Notes: generated from the sequence alone by a model not told the origin. A stretch of DNA of 64,000 bases from Eledone cirrhosa (GCA_964016885.1 OZ024755.1:11036001-11100000), one strand, 5' to 3'. Positions 28,952-45,451 are shown, counted from the stretch's first letter. Numbers and translations are program-made.

Positions 28952-29582
28952 ATGTGTGTGTGTGTGTGTGTTGAGTTCCTTTGCATGACTGCTCAACCTT
29001 TACCCATAAACACAAAGAGAAAAGCCTCTCATCGTTACTCTAGGCATTTCCTTTCTCCTTGAGAACTTATATCTATTTCTCCACCTCTAGTAATAGTACT
29101 TTTTCCAACCATGTACATATTTGTACTTGTTTCTGTTGTTTTTTTCTTTCTTGTTCTTAAGTTTGTCCATGTTGTTTGACACAGAGTCAGCTCTGCCCAA
29201 GTGGATTGTAAAATAAGAAAACATTATTTGTAATATATCTAGGACTACTTTATCTAATGTGTCCTTTCTAATATCAAACCGACAATCGGTTTCAGAGTGA
29301 TTTCGGTGATGTTTCTAGCAGTGTATTCACACCATCATTCGCTCGTGAAAATAAGTAGTTACTGCAATACCCGTAAGAGTGCATAAAATTGAAAGACATT
29401 GTCATAACAACAGACAACAAAATATTTCTAGTTGTTACCATGGTGAAAATAGGTCATTTCGTACAGCAGCGATGTTTTCAAGACAATATGTAGCTAACCA
29501 TCAGATACAAACACACATACACGCTCACACACAGACACGCGCGTTCTCATGCCAACAATAGGTATATAATACTCCCACTAAC

Positions 29583-29680
<98 letters not shown>

Positions 29681-29999
29681 AGAAAGGGTAGGAAAAGACT
29701 TGGTATGGTATTGTATAGTATAGAGTGGTAAAGTGTGTTATAGTATCGTATAATATAGTATGGCGTGGTATGGAATGATATTATACAGTGTGGCATAATA
29801 TAGTGTGATGTGGAATGGTATTATATGGTGGGATGTCGTGTGGTGTAGTGTGGTATGGCTTGAAGCTATTTGTTCTGGAAACCAGACAAAGTCAGTAGTT
29901 CTATTATTATATTCTATGGAAGATGAGATCACATCACTTTCAAAATGATATCGCATCTTCTAATCTTTACATTCGTTATTACATATATATATATGAATA

Positions 30000-30114
<115 letters not shown>

Positions 30115-30185
30115 ATTATATATATATACATATACGATCACATATGCTTAAATATGTAGATATATACATATACGTATACGTGTAT

Positions 30186-30260
<75 letters not shown>

Positions 30261-30459
30261 TATATATAAATATACAAACATATATAGACATACATTCATA
30301 TATATTTATATACATAATAATTTAATTTATTTTCCTGTTCTGTAAAACAACTGATGTTCTTACATTGAGCTATATCTCCCTCTGGTAATAAGGTAGTAGG
30401 AAATTACTGACCTTTCCTGTTTATAGTTGTTTATAGTATATACATAACTATAAATAGTA

Positions 30460-30492
<33 letters not shown>

Positions 30493-31023
30493 CATGTAGA
30501 TATACATATACAAATATATATATATACACGTATATATAAATATATACGTGTACATGCAATTTATTTTTGTCTACTTCTTATCTAGATATTCGCAATGACG
30601 TCAGAAAAAGGCTTTTAAAAATTCTATGCATTGACCGTCGTTATTGTGGTTGTAAGTATTGTTGGTGATGATAGTGGTGGTGATGATAAGGTGGAGGGCG
30701 ATTGTGGTGTTGTTTCTATTGTTGGTGGTGGTCGTCGTCGTCGTCGTCGTTGTGATCGTGTTGGTGGTGTTGATGTTGTTATAGTTGTTGTTGTTGATCG
30801 TGGTGCTGGTAGTGTTGGTTCTGCTGATGTGGTTGTGGTACTTTAACGATGATATAAACACAGTAAATACAGAAGTCATGCAACGAGCAAGAGAGATATA
30901 TATACACATGTATACATATATATATGTGGGGGGGGGGTATATGTGTATGTGTGTGTCTGTATAGTTCAAAAGGACAAACAAACAAACGCAGGCGTCAGTA
31001 GTACATAGTGTTCTTCACGCTAT

Positions 31024-31136
<113 letters not shown>

Positions 31137-31137
31137 T

Positions 31138-31192
<55 letters not shown>

Positions 31193-31355
31193 AAGAGACT
31201 GAGAGACAGACTATTTATTAATTTCTTTTGGACATTATAGAATGAGACACGTGTATGTGAATATATACACGCATTTCTATGGGTGTATCTGTGCGTGTGT
31301 TCATATAAATATATATATATACATATATAATTCATATATAAATAGATATACACAA

Positions 31356-31465
<110 letters not shown>

Positions 31466-31682
31466 CGTATATAGTTCACTGATTTGTCGCCATTTTAATA
31501 TTCACCTCGAGAATTGTTATAAAACATAAAAGCACTATTGAAAATTAAGAAATAAAACGTTTAAATGCGACTGTGTTAGAATTTGTTTGACTTCACGTCT
31601 AACTAAAAATTTTTTCACGAGTATGTTACATAACACCAAGTCATACTCGATTGCGAGTGACCACTCCAGCTTTAGTAATTAT

Positions 31683-31744
<62 letters not shown>

Positions 31745-31761
31745 TAATATATATATATATT

Positions 31762-31793
<32 letters not shown>

Positions 31794-32704
31794 CATTAAT
31801 TTGTATGTACGTATTTATGTACGCGAATCTATATATGTATGTATGTATATACGTACGCATGTATGTATGTATCTATATGTATATATGTATGTACGTATGT
31901 AGCGAGATCACACCTTCACCAATTTCTCCAGCCTTTAATGTTAGAATTTAATGTTCAAATCATTCATATTTCTTTCCATCCGTTTGTTTGTGTGTGTGTG
32001 TATACATACATACATACATACATACATACATACATACATACATACATACATACATACATACATACATACATACATACATACATCATTTAATTTACTTCTG
32101 TTTTCAATGTCGATAGAGCTAAAAGGGTCCAGCCGGCCGGCCATTTCTAAAATGTCCACTATTCGTTTCGATGGTAACAGTTTAACAGTGTATAATAACA
32201 TCTAAAGACGATTTTGACGTTTTTACTAGACTTTTTATGAATTTAATATCATATTTCATCTATATATTTATTTGTGTGTCGCTTCTATTTCATTTGTGTT
32301 ATTTTATATTATTATTGTGTACGATTGATTTTTTCCTGTTTTATTTAGTTTTATTTCCTTGTTATCGGTTTTTAATCATTGTGGGAGAAGAATATTGGAT
32401 GAAGAAACAAACGGAATGCCTCTACATAACTTTAATACATTTTTCATTTTTATGTTTCTTAAGATATTTTGAAGGCACGTGGCTTAATGGTTAAGTTTTT
32501 CTGCTCATAAGTATATTGTATATGAATCCAGATACGCTATTATTCTACATCACGTAGGGTTAGTGCTATCACGAATGACTGTGATCAACTCTGGTCCATC
32601 GGCCTGTTGTGTTTTATGGCCAACGTTTTTAACATACCCTTATCTGTTCCCTTGCTGTGATTTGATGATCAGCTCTTTTCGTTTCTTCTAAGTGTTTCAA
32701 CCGT

Positions 32705-33050
32705 CAGATAGTATCATCAACAGAAATGCCAATGAAAACATTGCTTCCTTGATTTGAACTGACGATCGGCTCCTTTCCTTTCTCCTACCAGAGGTTACAG
32801 GCAACAGATAGTATCTGCGACGGATAGACCAATGGAAACAATGTTTCCTTGCTCTGATCTGACGACCGGCTCCGACAGATAGTATCAGCAATAAAAAGAC
32901 CAATGGAAACTCTATTTCCTAGGTCCGACCTGACAATCGGCTCCTTTTCTTACTCCTGTCAGGAGTTACAACTTGACAGATAGTATCAGCGACGGAAAGA
33001 CAAAATGAAAAAAAGCTGTTTCTTTGATTTGGTCTGACGATTAGCTCATT
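32705..33050 (+). repeat. Four diverged tandem units of ~70-100 bp
   Basis: Units begin cagatagtatc at 32705, 32805, 32876 and 32977; each contains c(c/a)aatg(g/a)aaa ... ctgac(g/a)a..(g/a)gctc. Confidence 0.8.
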
Positions 33051-33356
33051 TCTTTTTTTCCTTTCCATTTTAACTTCTTCATTTTTTGTAGTTAATTTGT
33101 TGTTATTTCATTGTTTTCTTTCATTTCTGTTCTTTACTCTTTCTTTTCTGCTTCCTTCTTATTCAACTTTAAAATTCTTAATTGTCAGACGATGGCGAAA
33201 GATCAAGCAGATGTCAATGCCAAAACTTCAAAAGATTAATTTCTGACAAAATATTACGAATTTTTTCTATATACTTTTTTCATTTTACGTATTTTTTTCA
33301 AATATAAATGATTAATGGACGATTGAAAGATTATATGTATGTATCAATATAGATGA

Positions 33357-33485
<129 letters not shown>

Positions 33486-33647
33486 TGTGTGTGTGTGTTT
33501 GTGTATGTGTATGTGTGTACGTGTGTGTGTGTATATGTATGTATAAATGAATGTATGTAGGTATGCATGTGTGCTCGTTTGTGTGTGTTTGTGTATGTGT
33601 GCATATATGTGTACGAATAATATATATACATATATATAGAGAGAGAG

Positions 33648-33682
<35 letters not shown>

Positions 33683-33713
33683 GGCGGAGAGGGAGAAATA
33701 CATATATAAATAA

Positions 33714-33757
<44 letters not shown>

Positions 33758-33932
33758 ATAAGTAGGTTGGTTGTGTAGGAGTATGGTTGGGTGGTGTGCA
33801 GGTTTTTCCATGGATGGATGGTGGTGTTGTTTGTTTATATGGCTAGATAAAAAGAACTAAGCGTCGTGATAAATATAAATGCCAAGATGAAATAAGCGAG
33901 GAAACCAAATATATTATTGATGTATTATGCTT

Positions 33933-33980
<48 letters not shown>

Positions 33981-34248
33981 AAGCTAATACTACTACTTCT
34001 ACTACTAATACTAATGCAGCTGCTTTTGTTAATACTACTAATATTGTTGCTGCTGCGGCTGCTACTACTATTGCTACTGTTGCTGCTGATGATGCTGCTG
34101 CTCTGCTGCTGCTGATGCTGCTACTGCTGCTGCTGCTGCTATTATTGTTGCAGTTGCTGTTATTGTCGTTATTGTTGTTATTGCTGCTGCTAATGATAAT
34201 GATGATCATGATAATGTTGATGCTAGTATATTAACAATAATAATAATA

Positions 34249-34407
34249 ATGTGCCAGAAATATGGATGTCAAGTGTCCGTCCGATAAATGGTACCAGCTT
34301 GCCTCAGAATGTGTCCTTGATGATAGAGACAAACCAACGATATTTTGGGACTTCATGATCCAAACGGACCGCAGGTTTGAACACAACAGATCTGATATTG
34401 CATTTAC
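34249..34407 (+). mobile_element. Diverged Dong/R4 fragment
   Basis: Starts right after (AAT)n; translates with a frameshift to CQKYG ... DKWYQLASECVLDDRDKPTIFWDFMIQTDRRFEHNRSDIAF, homologous to the WYEHKP ... LWDFRIQTDKKLEHNRPD block of 26282-27233. Confidence 0.7.
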
Positions 34408-35056
34408 GCTCAGATATAGGTGTTAATACCAGATTGTTCATATTACCTATATATATATGTATGTATGTAACTATGTGTGAGTATGTATGGATGGATACAT
34501 GCTTAAATATACTCACATACATGCATACGAGCATACATACATACATACATACATACATACATACATACATACATACATACATACATACATACATACATAC
34601 ATACATACGTACGTACATAAACACAAACCCACACACACCTACATGTATATATGAAATCCTTTACTTTTAATCTAAGAATGTAGTACGTGAGCAAACTATG
34701 ATAATGATCTTCTCAATATGGACAATGAATATATAAACGATATCAGTTATCGTCTGCAATATCATAAATAACAGGGTAGAAGAGCAAAATACAAACAAGC
34801 TTCCATTTTGTCATGAAGCAAGCCATATCAGAGGCACGCATACGGAATTAAGGATGGGATAAGTAGGTAATATATCATAGTTGGATTAATCCTACTACAG
34901 CGTATGGATGGCCATATATGAATTGGCATATATGTTTGGTGAGTATTGCGTATATATGTAATGTTTGTGTGTGTTTGTGTGTTATGTATGTATACGTGGT
35001 TTTGATATATATACATATATACACATTATGAATATATATATGCATCTATATGTATG

Positions 35057-35143
<87 letters not shown>

Positions 35144-35191
35144 TATATACATATATGTGAACATACATACATATAGCTAAATAGATTAATA

Positions 35192-35241
<50 letters not shown>

Positions 35242-36319
35242 GCATATATATGAATATACATACATATAGGTGAATAGATTTATAATATAATATATATAAA
35301 ATGCATAGTTAAAACAGACACAAGTAGGACAAGTGAGCAGACAAGTGAGCAGACGATTGAACAGCGTGAGACTTTAAAACAACGTAAACAAAATGTGATA
35401 TGCTGCTACGGCTATCGTTTTTGTGAGCCTGTCTTATAAAACCTAAAGAAGGTAGCTGAACAAATGTCATTGTTTTCCCTGTATTTTTTATTACTTCCTT
35501 TTCTGTTATGGGGCTACGCAGGTTTATTGTATAGGAGGAGCTGTACGAAATATATAGATATTTACAGCAGTAATATGTCTTATTGATGGCCAACTCTGAA
35601 TATTTCGGTTCTTTGGGACACGTCTTTACTCACTTTTCTCTTCTTTCTTAGAAATGATGCCTGCATATGTTCGAATATGCTTAAAAAGAAATTTTGTGTG
35701 GGCTGAATTATCTATCGTCGTTCAATCGTGTCAATTTGTCACTACATCTTTTATGAATTTGAGAAACAGTTACTAGAAAAATCTTATGGAACTGTCGACA
35801 CTTACAAAATATTTTCGGATTTAAAATTTAAATAATTCTTTCAGAAATTGGAGGCTGTATCGATAGAAGTCTCTTTAGAACTGCATAATACGCATCTTCT
35901 AATTACGCTCTCTGTCTAATGAAGAAGCCTGATTAGAAAATCTGTATTATAATTACCCTTCCATTAGTCTAACATATGTTTACTCAGCTTCTAGATGTTG
36001 TTCTGCGAAGGGGATCCTAGCCTGGAAAAGATTGCTTCAACAATACACGAGTGATTTAAGGTGACAAAACTCTTTGTTTTACAACAGCAATATCCCAATA
36101 TATACATACATATCTATATATATGTGTGTGTGCGCATGTGTATATATTTAAAGTGTGTGCGTAAGAATGCATGTGCATACGCATACATATAGTTAAGATG
36201 CTACCCAATTATGTAACTACAGATACGGACAAATAATTGTTAAAAGACAATGTTAAACATGAATTATTGAATTAATCATTGAAATAGCTCATTAAATTGT
36301 GTATGTATATATAAACATA

Positions 36320-36423
<104 letters not shown>

Positions 36424-36642
36424 CATTTATGCATGTATATATCTGTGTGTATGTATTTAAGTATGTATGTTTGTATGATTGTTTGTATGTATGTATGTAT
36501 TATGTATGTATCTATGTAGGCTTTTTTATGTACGTTTCTGTTTGTATATATATATATACATATATATATATACAAATATGTATGAATATGTACCTTTGTA
36601 CAGATTCTTTATATATGTATATATATATGTGTGTATTATATA

Positions 36643-36706
<64 letters not shown>

Positions 36707-36749
36707 TGTATATATATATTATATATATATTATATATATATATATATAT

Positions 36750-36838
<89 letters not shown>

Positions 36839-36861
36839 TATATATATATATACAGATATAT

Positions 36862-36948
<87 letters not shown>

Positions 36949-36951
36949 TAC

Positions 36952-37063
<112 letters not shown>

Positions 37064-37078
37064 GTATATATATATATA

Positions 37079-37174
<96 letters not shown>

Positions 37175-37205
37175 CAGATATATATATATATATATATATA
37201 TACAG

Positions 37206-37244
<39 letters not shown>

Positions 37245-37263
37245 TAGATAGATAGATATATAC

Positions 37264-37323
<60 letters not shown>

Positions 37324-37783
37324 GATATATATAATATAAATGATATATATATATGGAAATACATGCAAATCTAAACAATGTATTAACGCCTGGAGAGTAC
37401 TGTGAAAAAGCTTATATTATTAAGAGTGCTTTGATGTGGAAACCATAGAAAATAAGAGGAAAGAAAATATAGTAATTGTAATTTTTACATCACATAATTA
37501 ATTTTCACCATCTTTGTAAATTCAGTTAAGGGCGAATGTGAAAGAAAAATTAATTTGAAATTTGTCATAGATATATGGTATATATTAGATACTAAACGTT
37601 CACATAGTATATTTATGTACTCGTTCATATTTATGTATTTGTCTCCCCAAAAGAATGTATACATACTTTGATTACCTGTACAGACATTATTTCTTAGAAT
37701 GCAAAACCTTTGTGTACACATTTTTGGGGGACATTCTTCCTAGATTTATGTGTCTCTCTCTCTCTCTCACTCTCTCTCTCTCT

Positions 37784-37815
<32 letters not shown>

Positions 37816-37879
37816 TTTTCACTATCTCTTTCACTGTTTGCATACATATTTATATGTAAGTACAACAGATAGTAGGCGC

Positions 37880-38400
37880 TTAGAGTACTGGTTGGTGCAG
37901 TAGAGAAGCAAGTGAAGAGGAAGAACAACGGCAAGAGGCCGCAAGTTGTGCAGGAGGGAAAGATGAAATTTTGTAAGGAAGAAAAACATTGCAAAACATC
38001 CACTGTAATAAAGAAGACTAACGCAAAATAGGAGGGGAGTCGGATGGTCTCAGTTGACCTGGACAGCTATTATCACTTCCCCATTGTTAACACCAGGAGA
38101 CCTGACCCCATCTAGTGATGAACGGAAAAAAATTTAGTAAAGTTACAGGAGCTCACTATCTCTTGGGAGGCGAACATCGATGTTGCATTCAACAGGAAAA
38201 GCATGAGGTTTAGTAAATTGGTTGAGTTCTGTGAAATCAGTGGATGAAAGGTATCCTGTTTCTCTCTAGAGATAGCTATTTGTGGGAACCAGGTTTGATT
38301 CGCTGCTCATGGGCCTTCGACTGGCGGTAAAACAAAGGAAACATCTAGCAAGTCATTATTGGAGTCAGCTAAAAAAAAGTGATTCACTATATCCGGCTCA
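37880..38400 (+). mobile_element. Decayed RLE-type LINE remnant (HERO-like)
   Basis: Frameshifted VDLD ... TRRPD ... ELTISWEANIDVAFNRKSMRFSKLVEFCEISG*KVSCFSLEI, matching the RPD/ELT.PWE/RK..KY pattern of restriction-like endonucleases. Boundaries approximate. Confidence 0.6.
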
Positions 38401-38432
38401 ACAAGTCGATGAATTTTACTCGTATATATTAT

Positions 38433-38502
<70 letters not shown>

Positions 38503-38575
38503 ATACAAAGTATAACAATATCGGTTTCAACACACGATTTCAGATAAAGAATCTTGCTAAACAAATTCAGAAACG

Positions 38576-38611
<36 letters not shown>

Positions 38612-38681
38612 TAATATATATTTATACATATATATACAAATATACATATATACATACACACATATATATATACATATATAA

Positions 38682-38712
<31 letters not shown>

Positions 38713-38777
38713 ATAAATAATATATATTTATACGTATATATACAAATATACATACACACATATATATACATATATAA

Positions 38778-38831
<54 letters not shown>

Positions 38832-38880
38832 TTTCTTCATTTTCTTCCTGTTTCTCTTCTTTTTCTTCTTCTGTTCAAAG

Positions 38881-39009
38881 GAACTGATAACAACAGTATA
38901 TATCGGTTTTCTGGGCTTAATTATCTCTTCCTTCCTGGTCTTCTTGGTTGAGAAAGATGCTAAGGACACAAAATTTAAAACCTACGCTGATGCCCTCTGG
39001 TGGGGTGTG
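38881..39009 (+). CDS. KCNQ: KCNQ exon: S5, turret and start of pore helix
   Basis: Long pyrimidine tract then caaAG; donor gtg|GTaagc. Encodes [43 protein letters not shown]. Phase 0-0. Confidence 0.96.
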
Positions 39010-39314
39010 GTAAGCTTTTTTCATTATCTTTTTTACTTTTATTACAGTATAAATAAATTTAGTTATTTATATTCTTTGCGTATTCTTGATGTATTTCTTT
39101 TATTTAACCCTTGTGGTCCTGTACCCCAAGAAACCATATTAACCCTTTTGATATCAAACAGCCAAAAATTAATCTAATTCTATGAAACAAAACTATTCAT
39201 TTCAAAATGTTTTTATTTATCTAAAGACCTATGTAAGAACCATTGTTAAGCTATGCTCTAAATACCAGATAAATAATATACATATAAATCATATGCATGC
39301 TCATAGTATGTATG

Positions 39315-39409
<95 letters not shown>

Positions 39410-39790
39410 ATACAAAATTATATAATTATATATATACATACAAAATTATATAATTATATATATATATAAATTTTTGCTCTTTGGTATTCGTTGCTACTGC
39501 TGTTATTATATACTATAGCTAGCAGACACCCGGTCTATATATCGTTCTTAGTGCTTCCCTCGTATATTTTAATGAGTCCATTCTGATGGAGGAAACTAAT
39601 CCATTTCTCGCATCATTGAATGTGCATTGACTGTCTCAGATAATTTGACTTATGTTGCCAAGAAGCAACTACAACGAGGAATTAATGCATATATACATAC
39701 ATATTTACATATATATATATATATATATATAATATATATATATAAGTATATAGAGATTACAGTAATCAAAGTTAAGTTTAAGTCATTTAT

Positions 39791-39838
39791 TTGCTTACAA
39801 TTGTTTCCTCCAAACCGAGGTTTGGATTCTTCGGAGCA
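39791..39838 (-). ncRNA. Third copy of the CCGAAGA hammerhead-like motif
   Basis: Minus strand: UGCU-CCGAAGA-a UCCAAAC cucg GUUUGGA g-GAAA-CAAUUG-UA-AGCAA, inside an element (~39753-39910) homologous to 9114-9280. Confidence 0.6.
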
Positions 39839-40535
39839 GTTATTTATAACATACTTGACCTCCTTTTCAACCCAAGAGACACATAAAACATATGCGCATA
39901 TTGATCAACAGTGGGGTGACATTCATCAAATGAAATAGCATGGCAATTTACATATAAAGTGTTACATGATAAAAATAAAATAAAATAAAATAAAATAAGA
40001 TAAAATAAAATAAAAGCAAGAGTGAAAATAAAGATAAACATGAAGCGTTGGCAGTCTATGAGGATAAAGCAAGAGGAAAGCTTAGAGTAGTCAGTGCATG
40101 AAGCAATCTCGCGTGTAGCATGCACGCTTGTCTTATCTATACATGATTAGAGTGCGTCAGAATGATATTTGCAGGGTCAGGCAGTTGAAGCAGGCAATCG
40201 ATCTTATAATATATGCTGAATTATTAAGTCAATAATTCTCATACATCTGTATGATATACAGTCTCGGATGCGGGGAAACACCAAAATATCAAAAACCTTC
40301 AACATACTATAAACCTTATTGTATCGTAGGCAAGGTCGTACCACTGTCCTTGCTCACACCACCACTCACATAATCCATGAGACGCAATATATATATAGAG
40401 AACATGCGTCTATCGTATAATTCGCAGTGGTTCAGCATATAGTCAAGCTATAAACGGTATCCAGTCGGTTCTTAATTAATATATCATGCTGTCCAAATTC
40501 CGGAAGTGCCTGTATATATATATATATATATATAA

Positions 40536-40706
<171 letters not shown>

Positions 40707-40733
40707 TATATATATATATATATATATATAAGT

Positions 40734-40944
<211 letters not shown>

Positions 40945-41007
40945 AGTATATATATATATATATATATAAGTATACATATATATATAAGTATACATATATA
41001 TATATAC

Positions 41008-41074
<67 letters not shown>

Positions 41075-41093
41075 TATACATATATATATAAGT

Positions 41094-41154
<61 letters not shown>

Positions 41155-41277
41155 TATTTGTATGCGTGTATACATGTATTTATACTAGATATTTATGTAT
41201 GTATTCTTGTATGTATTTATGTAAAAATACCTGTACAATGTATATATTATGTCTTTCCCATGCTTTTTCTACGACAG

Positions 41278-41388
41278 ATTACCTTATGTACAGTGGGGTA
41301 TGGTGATACAGTTCCCCAAACTTGGTCAGGAAAACTAATTGCTGCTTTCTGTGCCATTCTTGGAATTTCGTTTTTTGCGCTACCCGCA
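41278..41388 (+). CDS. KCNQ: KCNQ exon: selectivity filter (TVGYGD) and S6
   Basis: acAG|ATT ... GCA|GTaagt, 111 nt. Encodes [37 protein letters not shown]. Confidence 0.97.
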
Positions 41389-41621
41389 GTAAGTATCCGT
41401 ATCCATATCCATCATATGGATAATTGAACAATATATATGTATATTTTAGTGAATACAGATATATATATATATATATATATAATATGTTGAGAAGGTAACA
41501 CACCAGAGAGAGATATATAGTGCGTTCTCAACATATTATATTTTAAAGGGCTCCGGATCTCTTCCCCTTTGAGCACATTATTTACAGGGAATAACGACGG
41601 CCTATGCCTCCGTTAATTTAT

Positions 41622-41674
<53 letters not shown>

Positions 41675-42588
41675 GGTAATCTATATTTTCCGTCCTAATA
41701 TTTCGGGACTAACTACAAATTCCTTTTATATGGAACTCGCAGAGGAATACGTTCGGGTCTATTTGATTCGAAATTAGATTGCAAAGTAAATAAATCGGAA
41801 CGTTGCCTTCATCTTCCCTATTGATAAAATATAGTTTAAGGGCATACTGTTCGTTCAAAGTCAACATAGTCATACGATAAATTGAGAGATCTCTTCTGAG
41901 ATAATGGAAGATATAAATTTGATAGTTCACCTCTAGATTCCTCCCAAACGTTTTGCTCTCTACCTTGGATATCTCTACGAAGATATTACAACCAAATATA
42001 TCTATATATGCGTGTGTGTTTGTGTGTGTATGTGTACATTTATGTGTGTTTGAGTATCGACCTGTCTGTCATGGTGTTCAGAACGTTAACTAAAGTTTTC
42101 TAAAACATATACAGCCATCTGATAACAATTTAGGGTTAAAATTTCTGTTATAATCTCTCGTTAAAAATTGATATTTCTTTTGCTCTATATGTGGCATGGT
42201 ATATATCTCCATGTTGCTGTAAATAATATGATATATATATTTACATATTGGTGTGTATAATAGGGTATATATTTATATAGTGGTGCGAAGATTATATAGG
42301 AGTGTGTATATTTACATATTGGTGTATGGAGTATTGGTGATTTTCTGGTTAAATATTGGTGTTCATCATCAACAGCAGCGACATCGTTGTCATCGTCAAC
42401 GTCTTCTTCTTCTTCATCATCGTCAACACCATCGTAGCTTTTGCTGTATGTGTTTTGTTGTTGGTATTGTTGTTGTGTTGGTGTTAGTATTGATGATATG
42501 ATGGTGGAGGTGGTGCTGCTTAATATAAGAATATTTTTTCTAGTCATCATCGGAATTATATATGTGTATGTATGCACATATGTATGTG

Positions 42589-42631
<43 letters not shown>

Positions 42632-42655
42632 GGGGGGGGAGGGAGAGGGGAGAGA

Positions 42656-42735
<80 letters not shown>

Positions 42736-43298
42736 TTTGCATGTATATGTTTGTGTATGAATATACATATATATATATACGTATGTATATATATATATAT
42801 ATATATGCTGTGTGTATGTATGTGTATGTAAGTATATATATATATATATTCTTCCAGCAACCTGTACACTTAAGCTGCATGTGCCTCAATTTTAGGATTT
42901 GTTTTGTTTATTCGGTTGAATATATCAAAATCTGAGTGTGTGAGTGCATGTGTGTGTATGTATGTGTATATATGTATGTTTTTGTGTGTACGTGTGTGTA
43001 TATATATGTGTATTTGTGTGTGTATGTTAAATGCGTTTTTTTCTGTATATATGTATATCTGCGTATATTTATTTCTCCTACATATAATCATTTGTGTCCC
43101 TTTAATGTGATTTATCATTTATTACACTTATATATATATATAAGTGTGTGTGTGTGTGTGTGTGTGTACATATATATATATATATACAAAAGTATATATA
43201 TTATGTACAAATATATATGTATATATAGATGTATGTATATATATATATATATATAATAATATGATAATAATGGAGCTGCGGCGCTGCAAATGGGTTAC

Positions 43299-43592
43299 AT
43301 ATGAAAAAGTTTGTCCTCATCAGTGGCCTTCCAACCGTCGTAGGCATTTCGTCGCATTAAAGGCCATATACCTCAGGTTGGTGCGAGCAACGGCTAAAAA
43401 AAGTCGTTGGTTTAAGCAAAATGGTTTAAGCAATGCTTAAACCATTTTGTTTGTTTACCCTAGCGTCCCCCTTATTTACGTGTTCCAACGACTTTTTTTA
43501 GCCGTTGCTCGCACCAACCTGAGGTATATGGCCTTTAATGCGACGAAATGCCTACGACGGTTGGAAGGCCACTGATGAGGACAAACTTTTTC

Positions 43593-43596
<4 letters not shown>
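43299..43596. repeat. 112-bp inverted repeat (foldback) between TA-rich microsatellites
   Basis: 43299-43410 is the reverse complement of 43485-43596; the spacer contains a nested hairpin caaaatggtttaagca/tgcttaaaccattttg. Confidence 0.85.
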
Positions 43597-43628
<32 letters not shown>

Positions 43629-43815
43629 AAATATGATTATTTCCTACGATGCCAATGTGTTTGTATTGTAATGCTATTCTTACATATATTAATGGCTGCC
43701 TGCAATGGTGTGTCCTACCAAACCTCTTGAATAATTGAACATTTTTGTTGCTTCACTAAATCACTATTGAACATAGACGTACATACATACGTACATACAT
43801 ACATACATACATACA

Positions 43816-43848
<33 letters not shown>

Positions 43849-43981
43849 TTATGTTTGTGTGTGTGTGTGTATTAGTGTATGCATATATATGTATATATAT
43901 ATATATATATATTCTATTATATATCATATATATATATACATATATACATATATATATATAGAGAGATATATAAATAATATA

Positions 43982-44013
<32 letters not shown>

Positions 44014-44028
44014 CACGCGCACACACAC

Positions 44029-44090
<62 letters not shown>

Positions 44091-44262
44091 TTCTTTTTTC
44101 TCATATTTTTCAATTTAGAATTTCTATATGTTTCTAATTCTAAGGAATTATATTTAGAAAACGATTTCTGTAGTTCTTCTTTCAGAGATATTTTCATCTG
44201 CTGAGACTGAAATCTGTATAAGAAATGAGAATCTTTGCTCATGTATACTCTATGTGTGTGTG

Positions 44263-44312
<50 letters not shown>

Positions 44313-44331
44313 CGTATATATATATATATAC

Positions 44332-44619
<288 letters not shown>

Positions 44620-44649
44620 GTATATATATATATATATATATATATATAC

Positions 44650-44728
<79 letters not shown>

Positions 44729-44799
44729 TGGTTATATAGATATATGTATATATATATGTATATTTACATACATGTATATATACATATATATCTATACAA

Positions 44800-44832
<33 letters not shown>

Positions 44833-44944
44833 CTTATATATATATATATATATATATTGTGAATTTACTGACTTCGACAAATGATTTTCGCTTTCCGAGC
44901 GGTTTTCCTTTATCGTTCTCTCAATATATACGGACATATGATAG

Positions 44945-45240
44945 CTTATGGCTTAGGTGCCAGAGTAAAGTTCTGAGTTCGATCACTGGCGTCTGTTTGT
45001 GCAAAGCAATCTATTTCAATTTATTCCCAATCCCCTCACCTGTGAGAAAATATATTGTACCTGTAACTCAAAGATCTAATTTTGTCGCAGACCACGTCAA
45101 GCTGAATCTCCCTGAAAAACTACGTTAAAGGTGCACGTGCCTGTAGAGTATTCAATTATTCACATGTTAATTTTACGAGCAGATTCTTCTGTTATTATAC
45201 CTACTGGAACACGCGTTGTTTGAACGAACAGCGGTCCAAC
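44945..45240 (+). mobile_element. Second SINE family
   Basis: Shared body gtacctgtaa.tcaaag ... ctgaatctc.ctga.aactacgt ... gttaattt.acgagc also at 17537-17718, 58541-58755 and 25603-25720(-); tRNA-like head at 44945 and 58541. Confidence 0.6.
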
Positions 45241-45451
45241 ACATTGACTGGCATTTAGAACAGTATGCTTTAATCATTCTAATCTGTGCCAATTCTGTAC
45301 TGTTAGCAAAAGTTGCATAGTTATTCGCGGTAAATTGGCAGTGTCGTTAACGATTAGATGCCTCAGTATTTGGCTCATTGTGCTCTGAGATCAAATTCTT
45401 TCAGTTCGATAATTGTTGACTGGTGGAATTATTTAAAACATACATTTATTT

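Noticed and set aside
32705-33050. CRISPR-like repeat-spacer array
   Set aside because: Eukaryotic context, whole units are homologous with no unique spacers, and no cas genes.
35590-36060. Possible decayed transposase sequence
   Set aside because: No recognisable motif could be translated with confidence; needs BLASTX.
41685-41740. Further minus-strand hammerhead candidates (also ~23630-23725 and ~48370-48410)
   Set aside because: Only part of the core or stems can be found; too degenerate to call by eye.
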